This document shows positions 1 to 11,695 of a stretch of DNA of 64,000 nucleotides, in pieces. The notes under the pieces were generated by a model. It did not search any database and had not been told where the DNA came from. It was given only the letters and a program-made list of their open reading frames with translations. The DNA lies in assembly GCF_037042905.1 (NCBI RefSeq), contig NC_087252.1, forward strand, positions 744,001 through 808,000. Direction: 5' to 3'. A program made the translations under genes and the position numbers. Origin of the DNA: Lytechinus pictus (Eukaryota). Positions within the stretch are counted from its first letter, which is position 1. Each line of letters opens with the position of its first letter.

Positions 1-298
1 CTTCACTGCAACCGAGTCAGAATAATAGTAAATGTTATATTTTATCTGAATAATGTACATCTATTCAAGACTATATATTCATACTTGGAGTTTTCCTATT
101 GAAAATAACTTTGAATCAATTTACTTATGAATTAGAACATAAATGATTACAAGGTTATTCCAGCGGTATGGTCATTATGATTATTATTATTTGCTTTTGC
201 TGTTCACACAAACGAAGAGAAAAGCTGATCATTCTGTGAAAGTATATATCTTTAAGTCAATTACTTGCCTTTTTCTCATTCCTACCATTGCGTCACAG

Positions 299-396
299 GA
301 CTGGTCTTAACTGGTGAAAATGGTGTTTTTGAGTATCACATGAATCTCGAGGATTCCTTCGACGTGCGTTGCCTTGATAATGCTCCACCAGTTCAG
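299..396 (+). CDS. Exon of STAND/TPR gene (FBA-like region)
   Basis: cag|GA...CAG|gtaag; LVLTGENGVFEYHMNLEDSFDVRCLDNAPPVQ; phase matches next exon. Confidence 0.75.
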
Positions 397-3300
397 GTAA
401 GATTAAGTTCTTCCTAGAAACACTGTAAAGTCTGAACTGAATTATCGAAGAAAGCATACTAACATTAAATTATGTTTTTTTTCAAGGTTATCAAGTTATT
501 AAATGTGCAGGAACCAATGGACCGCCTGAAATGGTAGCCACCTACAGATGTCTAGATCACCAACGATAAAACATTTCGCATTGGTATACATTTCATGTAG
601 TCGTTAAGGCCATAGCACACCTAACGATTGCTTTGCGACCCGATTTTTAAATAAAAGATAGTAGAAATTGATGCTAATATTGAAACATGAAGTATCTTAC
701 TGTATAATGTTCTAAATCATCGTAACGATATCTATTCCCAAATCGGTGACTATGCTATCATCCTTATTAGAATAAAAGCGAATTTAATATATAGTCGAAA
801 GGACGTCATAGTAATCGTACGACTGGCTACGATTTGAAACTAAGTTGGCTTTTACACCAAAATAAAGGCTTGCAATCATCCAAAATTGTTATTAGGGTTC
901 TTTCCGGTAATTTGAACCTCAAATAAAAAGATACTTTTCATTCACATTTTCATGAAATGAGCCAAATGTGATTTGGTCCAAAATTGGATCGATGACCAGT
1001 CAGTCGTAAGGTGTGCGGTGGCCTTAATAGTCATGTACATGTAGTTGACATCTTTCAGGTTAAATATTAGACCATGCTAAGTTCTATATGCAACATTTTC
1101 CTTTGAAAGAGTTCCTTTCATGATTTATGCTTTCACAGTTCTCTTTATCACTGCGATCTTCCACTACCTCTGGATCTACATTCCAAATAACACTCACTCT
1201 AGAAAGATCTGATGGCACAGTGGTCCAAACGAAATGCACGAATGGTACACTAGAAAGGTCTGATGCTTGGTCAAGGGTCACACTTACCGTTGAGGAATAC
1301 GGTGCAGGAGCAAGGAGCGTAAGGATAACGACAGAAGGTACCGGTATACGATGTTTCTTATCAATCACTTATGATTTACCAAAGAAGTATTATGACTCTT
1401 TTTAAAGACTGAACGAAACAAAGGGGAAAGGACTGGGTAATGGGTCTTTTACAGTTATAACTGATATTCTAACGTAAGCCCAAGCCAGTTCTAGCATTAT
1501 GAAACATGCGAGTAACTCTTTACAAGTACAATTTATTTGGGTTGCATTGTGGAATCTTCGAGTTAAGCTCGTTTCACTTACCGGTACTTGACTTTAAAGC
1601 AGTTAGGTTCCACTTCTTTGAAATATCCTGGGATCACCAAATTGTAGACTTCTACCAATGAAAGACAATGACTTTGATTATCAGTTGCAGGTCGAGGGAT
1701 TGAGGTCTCTGCAGCCAGTTTGAGGATGAAGTGTCGTCGGCCACATAGGACTGGTCTCAAGAATACTCTATGTGATGTCAAGATTATCAAGGACACCAAG
1801 AAGCTAGTCACCCTGATACGGGGCTTGGTTCAGAAGTACGGCCTCCCTACCTGTCCAATGTCAACAGATCGACCCGGAAGTGAAAGTAATTCTTGTTTGC
1901 CTTTAAAGTTTTAATATCATCCATTTTACATATAACATGATAGACAAAGCTACAAGTTGCCAGACAATCATCATAAATCTGTTCCTAGTTCTCCTTTCCT
2001 TGATTACATGGCGACATCGTGAGCCTGTGTTTCCGACTATCATTCTTCAATTGGAAAATTCTGCACTAAATCCAGATGAGATGAATTAGTACCCGACAAC
2101 ATGTATTCCTTTAATGCACTGAGCGCATGTAACGGCAGCTCGAGCTAAAGCTGGATTAGTGATAACCATGCGCGTAGGAATTGATTGTATTCAATAGATG
2201 GCGCTTTACTGTTTATTGTTAATATGTGTATTATTTTGATGGGTTTGTAATAAGTATTTTCATCAAAACGGAAACAAATAATTTCTTTCACAGAGCATTG
2301 CCAAGGGCCATATTTTGATTATTAAACTCTATTTATCAGATGATCACTTTGGTTAGTCCTATAATACCTTGTTAGTATAATGATATATCTACGTGTCCGT
2401 CTCTGATAGGCTCAATATCAACATCCCCGCAAGCGAGTCCGCTGAAGCTCGAGACAGATTCGGACGACGGCAAACCAGCAGCTTCAGAACATCAAGGAGT
2501 CGGCAAAGACGGCATCAAGGGGCAAGGGGAACAAGTCCTAAAGCATCAAAGAAAGAAGAGAGAGATCAGGGCCTTTTTGTCCAGTACGTTCCTTGACTTT
2601 ACAGCCGAGAGGGAGATTCTGATCAAGAAAGTGTTCAATGAGATAAAAAAGATGTGTCTTGATCGTGGTGTGTTCTTCAGTTATGTTGATCTCCGTTGGG
2701 GCATCACTAGCGACCAGAGCAATGACGGAAAGACACTTTCAATATGTCTCAGAGAGGTAAGTTTAGAGGCCCGTTGCAATCGAACACAACTTGAGTTTCA
2801 ACCAATGAAACGTGCGTACTGACTTGGGCTTGACTTTTGTTAGTTGCGTTAAATCTAAGTCTTTTTGCAATGGGTTCATGGTGGTTTCATTAAGCTGTTC
2901 GTAACGAATTACTTTGCGCATGTTTGCACTAAATGATACATCTCTGTATAGTTAAGTTAGCACCTAAGAACATTTTCTAATTGTATGTACACTTCTGCGT
3001 ATTTATGAAATACCGGGGTAGAGTGGATTTATTGTTATTTCGCTTCTTGAAACACTATAAACTAATACCAAGGTGTTTATTTATTTGCTTATAACCTTCA
3101 GATTGACCGATGTCGTCCTTACTTTCTCTGTCTTGTTGGTGATCGTTTTGGTTGGAGTCAAAGGGAAGGCGACGTCGATGAACTCCTCAATAAATCCTAC
3201 GACTACGCCATCGCAAACTTCAACCATCTGAAGTGGATTGATGAGTACAGATTCAATAGCAGTGTTACTCAGGTAACTGTGTGTCATTTCGGGTGCATTG

Positions 3301-6300
3301 TTCATTTTCAGAAATTAGAGTAATAATAATATTGCTCAGGTCAGAAACTTTGGTGTTAATGGTGTATGTCATTATTTTATCCTAGTGTTAGTTTGGTGTT
3401 AGTTAAGCACCCATGGGTATTAATGCAACACATTTGTTACTTATACACTATTTAATGCTATGTTCAATCTCTAGTGTGTAATTTTGATACCTTTTGATGT
3501 GATCCACTAGGGACACCGACTGATGTAATTTTTAACACCCCATTTTTTACAGTCAATGAAACGGTTTAAATACGCATTACTTCTCTCTTTGTCAATATGG
3601 TATTTTCATAATACCGTGAATATCTAAATCCGCTGTTATGTAGACTTGCCGCCGCTTGAAGATATCATCTGTTTGAGCAGTTTGCTCGTATGCTTATAAT
3701 TTTTTTTTTCTTCAGTTGGTCCATAGACATGTTCAAATTCAATTTGTAAAACATAAAAAAAAAATGCAGGCGGAAGGCGACAGTGTCCTTAAAGCCGTAT
3801 CTCACCAACGAAGACGTTTCCACGACGTGTACATTATTTTCTTGTTGCAAAATTCGTCACCAATACGTCCCTGCGACAAAGAAATATGGTTTGTGGTGTG
3901 CTCTCGCCAAGGCGGTAGGGACCTTCCTCAGAAGAAGACCCTTGAGAGGTTTCCTATAGCTGCAGCGACCTCTACGTGATGTCTCAATGATGTCCCAATT
4001 GGTAAAAGCGTCATGGATACGTCTCCGAGATGGGAAATAATTATTCAAACAATGATTCTCCCGAAAGTGAACATGTTAAAATCTCTTGCAACTACTCGGA
4101 GACTCCGTAATGTTCATGAGATATCTTAGAGATGGCTTTCTTTTTTTGACAGGACCGGAAGACCCTGACACGGATATAAATCCATATTTGCCTAAAATTG
4201 ATCCAAAATTTGACAATAGATCATTTTTTAAGTATTCCTTGATTTTTATTTTGTTGTGTGTGCAGCTGGAAGTTCTCCATTCGGCTCTCAGAGATAGAGA
4301 TACTGCATCCGATAAGACGTTCTTCTACCTAAGGAAGGCAAAGGTAAATTGATTGTCCTTCTTAATTTCATGAAATTCCCAAAAATAATCAACTATTTTT
4401 GTAATATGTTCAACTCCTATTTTCTTAGAACCAAGCGTATACAGTTTAATAAAATTATTTTTCCTATTCATTAATCTCGGTATTTGTAAGATCAAAATAT
4501 AAGATGATATTTTAAACATGTAAGATGTTTTTTTGCAAACTGTTTAAGTGTTTATTCTTTCAATACAGACGAAAGATGAGCTGTTGAATGAAAGTAGCCA
4601 CGAACCCGCATGGAAGATAGAGAAACAGAAAGAATTTCGTCAGACTTTAGAGGAATCTGGTCTATTAGTACGGCATTATGACGTTGCCGATGATGGCACA
4701 GAGCTTATTCGGAAGGTAAAGGTGTTTTTATTTTAGGTGATACAGTGATCAGTTTGACTTTTGCTTTAGTAATAAGCTCTATTAAGTATGATAAAAATAA
4801 GTTTGACATGATTGTGCTCATCTCCTAAAAGTAGAATTGATGACATTAGCATTGTGAGCGCTGTACATGAGGAGTGGCTGGAATACTTTCCAAGGAGCGG
4901 ATGATGTGCTGCGTTGTGTGTGAAAATGGCTGATTAAATCCGATGGAGGCGTTAATAATGTACGAGATTTTATACGCACAAAATATGTTTTAAGTTCCTT
5001 ATAGACAAACTGATTATTATTACTATTGTCTCTTTTAGATAATTACTCTATTCTTTGCCTTCTCTTTGTTTATTGTTTGATCTCTTCCCTCTGATTTAAA
5101 GAAAAAAGTATGATTGGGTTATTTTCTTCCTTCTTAAATTTATCCAGGATTTAGAAATGTGTATCAATCAAGATTTCCCACCCGAATCCAAACTCACTCC
5201 TCTTCAACGGGAACGCGAAGCTCACTTGTCCTTCGCCGAAGTCCGCCGAAGAGTGTACATCGGGCGGGCCGAATACTTCACGAAAATTGACGACTACTTT
5301 GCTGGAAATCCGAAGTTACCCTTCGTGGTTCTCGGCGAATCTGGGAGCGGGAAATCAGCCCTTGTCGCAAACTGGTGTGGCCGATTTGAGGATGAACATC
5401 CTGATGATTTCATGTTCATGCATTTCATTGGTAGCTCTGCAGACAGTGCTTCACATCTCAGATTACTAAGAAGGTATACACAAGAGGAAGAGAGAGATAT
5501 AAAGAGAGGGAGGAGAGGTAGAGAGAGGGGGAGAAAGAGAGAGAGTGGTGGAGGGAGAAAGAAAGAAAGAAGTTGGTGGGGTGTGAAATTCAAGATATAG
5601 AGATCATTATAAGAGCTGCACGAAGCCTTCTGGGATGATTTTCTCACTCATAAAATTCGATTTTAGCGAAATTTACCCATCCATTATTTATTCATATTAA
5701 AATATATTCATACAGGTACAAACGATCTACAAAATCTGCTTTTCATGAATGCCCTAAAGAAAAAAAATCTCAATTCATACAATGAACATCAGTATAAAAC
5801 TTTGAAATAAAATCCTATTGAGATACAAGGTTTTTTTTTTTTAATAATAGCAAAGAAAAACCTCAATAGCTTACATCCATTTCTTTCTTTCAATCCAGAC
5901 TTTTTGAAGAATTAAAGCAGCATTTTAATATCGACATGGGTATCCCGACATCTGATAAATCCTTGGCCCAGGATCTTCCAAAGTGGTTATCACTGGCCGG
6001 GAGTTACGGCAGACGAGTGCTTATAGTTCTCGATGCTTTGAATCAACTGGATTCGGGCGCTGTAGGAGAAGGTATCGACTAAAGATGCATATTTTTTACG
6101 TTTTTAAATCAATATTATGATATTTCATAACTTGTTTCATGTTGACACGATCTTAATAAATATAATCAGTATGACTAGCCAAACTCATCCCTTGAATAGC
6201 TGAAGTTTTTAGCCGGCTGAGTTTTTTTTCATAAAAGGTACATATAAATTAAGACACATATGATATTTACAATACGGATTAAAATCTAATACATTACACG

Positions 6301-6867
6301 TATATTCACAGAATTTATGTAGTTTATGTTTTGGCAGAGCTCATTTGTACATTTGTACAACTTCATTATGTAAACCCTAAATTTGACTGAGATATATATA
6401 TTTTTTTCAATTTCAACAGGAGATGAGCTTGAGCTAAAATGGCTACCGCTTGAGCTCCCACCAAATGTGCAAATGCTTCTTTCTACCTTACCGGGGAAGG
6501 TAATGTTGTAATTATCATTAATGTTATATATTAATGATTTGAAGAGATTGATTGACCCTTTTTTAAATTCCCGATCCCTTTTAACACTTGAACTCTTATT
6601 CGTTTCAATTTATATGAATTGTTATTTTAAGACTTATAATGATTGTTAATGACGATTATTATATGAATAGAAATCATACTAATATTGTTATTGACGAATT
6701 TCATCACAATAATTATAATGATAATTATGGTTATAACGAAGATGCGATAATGTTGATGATGCCGATGCCGATGCAAATGATGATGATGATGGTGATGATG
6801 ATGATGATAATGGTGATGATAATAATGGTGATGATGATGATGGTGATGATGACGATGATGATGGTGG

Positions 6868-6916
<49 letters not shown>

Positions 6917-9900
6917 GATGATGATGATGATGGTGATGATGGTGGTGATGATGATAATTATGATCATAATGGCGATGATGATGAAGGTGATGATGATGAT
7001 GGTTATAATGGTGATGATGATGATGATAATGATGATGGTGGTGGTGATGATGGTGGTGATGATGATGATGGTGATGATAATGATGATAATGCTGATGGTG
7101 ATGATGATGGTGATGATGATGGTGGTGGTGGTGATGATGGTGATGATGATGATGGTGGTGATGATGATGATGGTGGTGGTGGTGATGATGATGATGATGA
7201 TGATGATGATACTGGCGATGATCATTAGAGCAATTACTCTAATGTATCAGTTTCATTAGGGGTCGTAATATTGGCGTCCAATATTATATGATTGTATTAC
7301 TTTTACGAAAATTGTCTTTTACCCTCTACAGGCATTGGATGCCGTTAAATCGAACAACTGGCCAGTATTTCATGTTCATCCTTTAAACCAAGAAGAGAAA
7401 GGCGAGATCATACGATGTTATATGGAACTCTACTCAAAGAACCTCAATACTGAACAAACAGATTTGATAGTCAATGCTAAACAGACCTCCAATGCTCTAT
7501 ACCTAAGGGCTTTATTGGATGAGGTGAGCTTTAATTGATTCATTAATTAACTCAACTTATAATGATATTAATAATACTGATGATGGTGGTGGTGATGATG
7601 ATGATGATGATAATAATAATATCGATAATAATGATAATAATTATAATGGTAATAATGATAACATCAATAATAATATTCATCATCATCGTCATCATCATCC
7701 ACAGCATTAGCGTGTGTGTGTGTGTGTATTTGAGTTTTGTCAGACGTGTATCAATCAGATATGAATATTTACGTCTAGGACCGACCTTTAACGTCACCAT
7801 CCGAAAGACGTGACCAGGGCTCGAACCTCTGCATCAATTTGTAACTTCCCCACATAGCCTGGATTACAGGCGCACGCCACAACGCCCAGTTGTGGCGTCC
7901 TTTGGCAAGAGGTTTATCTACATTTGCTACTTCTCACCAAGGCGCAGTGAATGGGTACCTTGTAGGATATAATTCCTTGAATGCTCTAGCGTTTGATCAG
8001 GGTAGCCGTGCTTAGTCCAGTGTAATATTATGCAGCGTTTAGGGGGAAAATGCATCAAGCACTCTATAAATACTGCATAGTATTTATTCATTACTATAAT
8101 TAACTTGATATTTACACTATTTTTTTATTCACCCCCTTCTCAGGTGCGTGTTTATGGTTCTTTCTATCAACTGACTTCCTCAATCAAGAATTATTTAGAA
8201 GCGCAGGATCCTGGTCAACTGTTTGTCAAAGTTCTTGAACGTCTAGAGTCTGACTTTGAACGGGGAGAACACGGAAGGTATAAACATTCTTTATCACAAT
8301 TTTCATTAGATGCTAGGTTTACTAACTAATTCAGTAAGGTATGATGATATCAAACATTTGGTTAGTATTTTCAAATTATATTGCTTGAAATTAATAATTA
8401 AAATAAATGTAATTTATTCTTTCAAATTTTGTTGCTATTGCTGGTAAAAACGATGCTTTATTCTCTGTCATATTTTCTTCTTGTTGTTTTATTGTCTTTA
8501 ATGCGTGTCTACTGATATCTTATAATTGCATAGCCCCAAAGAATGAGGTTTAGAAATATTTGCACTCGCATTTCGTAAATGTCCATCTGTTTGTTGTACT
8601 TCCTTGATATAGACCTAACCTTGTTCGGGATGCAACTTGTGCTCTTTGGTGCAGTAGCAGAGGGCTGAGCGAAGAAGAACTGACGTCATTTCTACAGGTG
8701 GGGATAGGCATGACCTGCAAAACAATATGTTATCTGTGCATTCGTTTATATGATTTTATTTTTATTGGCATGATATCTGTTAACCATTATGTTATCATGA
8801 CGGGTGTAAATCACATACATAATTATGAAACAAATTTTCGTTCTAAAACAAGGTGCAAACTTCTCAAACAGAAAGTAGAAGGAGAAAATTAATCATATTT
8901 TCAAAGAAAGACTTTATTCAATATTTCTCCACAAATCATATAATCAAATACAAATTGCATGTTATCTATAACAAATAATGTCATACATGTATAGGGAAAA
9001 AAATTGAATACGTTTGATGTGCCTGGATCCATCTATATCTACAATAAATTTGTTGCATATTCATAATGCGTTCTAACTCTTGTTGATATTTAAGTTTCTT
9101 TTGAAATGAGAGAAACGATATAAAACTTTGTAAACATCGAATGAAAATATATAATATTTAAATATAAAATATCACTATTAAAAGCACAATAATTTTCGCC
9201 TGGTATGCCAAATACAAAATTAAGTAGTTGATAAGAACCCAGCAAACGCTAGTTGCTAACTAATGAAGGGTGATGGGTTTTCTTTGATTCTCTTTTCCCC
9301 TAGGTTCCATCACGTATTTGGTCGCCTTTCTACCTCTCCCTCGAGGAAAACCTTGTTAACCGTAACGGCATCGTGAACTTCTTCCACGATCATCTGCGCC
9401 AGGCTGTTGAGAGGAAGTACGTCTCAATCCCTGCAGAGAAAAGACGAAGCTTCCTGAAGCTTGCCGAGTTCTTTGAAGAGCAGGACATAAATGAGAGATA
9501 TGTATGTAATTTCGTAAAAATATCTTGATAGAATAAATCAAAGCCGATACGTTTCCTCGTGTCCTATACGTCTCGCGATAAATAGTCAAGTTTCCACGCA
9601 GGTTAGGATGGGGGGGGGGGGTGATGTCTCCTCGAGTCTTTTTAGACTTCATTATGGCTTGGTGTTTTTATGTTTAGAGAGTTCATTTTAAGATTGGTTT
9701 CAAATTCGTAAGTGCTGATTATTAACACCAATAATAAATTATTATATAACTGGATATTGTCTACTAATTGATAAGAGGTTTAGTCAGTAAAAGGAAATTA
9801 TTTAACTGAACATATATTGGGGACCAATTCTAATACTGATTATTCTATAATCACATGTTTGCATTTTCTATGGATAATACAATATTTAAACCGTCACAGG

Positions 9901-11609
9901 TCAAGAGGTTGAATCCGTAGATGCAAGTCATTCAACTGAAAATAGATAAGGGACCAATTAACAACTGAAGTTCTTATCATTCTAAGAAAGGCCATTCCGA
10001 AATCACATCTATACTATTCCTACAACCTTCAAATCCTGACAGGTGGAAGAGCTACCATCATTGTTGATGGAACTGAGTGATCTTCCTCGACTCAAGAAGG
10101 TTGTCATGATCCCCAAGGCATTCCAGCTTCTCATGAACACATCGGAAGGCAAGGTTCGACTCATCCAAGCCTGGAGAATGGTAAGATCCAATAGCTTCAA
10201 GGAGTGTTCACATTGCTGTATGTATTAGATGGCGGTTCGTCATACTTTACCCAGGGCGGCCACTTCAGTTCTGATATCTGCTTTCCCCGTGGCCCTGCGT
10301 AATAAAACATCTCTATTACCCCAGCTTCAGCACGGCTACTTTGAATGGGCGCTCGAGCATTCAAGGAATTTCTTCATACCAACTACCCATTTCCACGTAT
10401 GTGTGTTTGTGGGTGTGGGTGAGGGCATGAGTGTGTGTGTATTTCGAGTGTAACAGGTATTTAGGGATGAATAGATCACTGGCATCAGAGATTATGTCAG
10501 TGACATACATCATTACTGTTGTGAAACCCTGCACAAATGGAGTGACTAGCAACAATGTCAATGTGCATCCAGCTGTCCATTATGGTCATGGGAAGCAGGG
10601 ATGAAAAGACCTACATTTTTCAGTATAAACCCTTTTTTCATGTCAAATATCTCATCATCATCATGATTATTTACTTGGCGTGACCTGTGCCTGGGAGACG
10701 AAAAGCAAACTTGAATCACTGTTACCCGCAGGTCTATCTTCCCGGTATAACTGATTTGGGGGGGGGTGCAGGTGGACTACTACAGCGGGGTTTCCCCCTA
10801 CCCTTATACCAATAGTGACTGAAATTACCTTCATTTTATACGGAAACCCCTGTTTTGTTAAATTGAAACTGGCACCCCCTATTGTCAATGTTACCTCCTC
10901 CAACAATCTGAATTACATCCCTTCTATGAATATTAAGGAGTATCCTAAATTCATCAGTTTATGATTGGTCATTTTCTGCTCGTCGGATAAACATTATTTT
11001 ATGTGTCAGAACTGCGCATACTCAATGAAACATTGGGCATGCGCAATTCTGCTGCCTCGACTAAAATATCAAAAAACTATTCGGACCATTCGCCAAGTCT
11101 CTGCAAAGTGAATAGCGAGTTGTCTCTACGGACCAACTCTTGTCAAGAAATCCATCATTATCATAATGATGAATGCGCAAATGGCTTAAATTCCTTAAAT
11201 TATGTAGGGGTGAAAATTCCCACTTTCGTTACATCATACTGATTATGACATAATTACTTATGCAACCAACTTTAAATTGCTTTCGTTTTTCAGCTTGGAG
11301 GTTTTGAGCAAGCAGGACAGGCCTACCTTGAATTCGTCAACCATTCTAAAGCTTTCAGCGAAGTCAAAGAGAAGGAATCCCTGCTAGCCTGTCTCACAGA
11401 CTTCTTCACAGAACTGGGTATCCTCAAAATTGCCAGGTAAGACCGAGCCAAAGGGCAAGACGTCAATGTCATGATATATCCAGTGGCGGACCGTGACAAT
11501 TGATTAGAGGGGTACCGTATTGTTTGTGAGCAATGCTGTGCCCCTCCAATGCTTTGTTATGTATAACAATATTTATGCGATCAAAGTAAACTTTGCAAAT
11601 ATAGAATGA

Positions 11610-11695
<86 letters not shown>

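Noticed and set aside
1127..1405. Stand-alone 92 aa gene
   Set aside because: Better explained as an internal exon (1139-1337) with read-through into the intron.
6639..7259. 206 aa Met-rich ORF and its Ile-rich antisense ORF
   Set aside because: Translations of an intronic (ATG)n microsatellite.
7713..7890. Human Alu contamination or a genuine 7SL gene
   Set aside because: Only about 80 nt are 7SL-like, with no S domain, Alu dimer or poly(A); the paralogous copy has a TSD and an empty site in native sequence.
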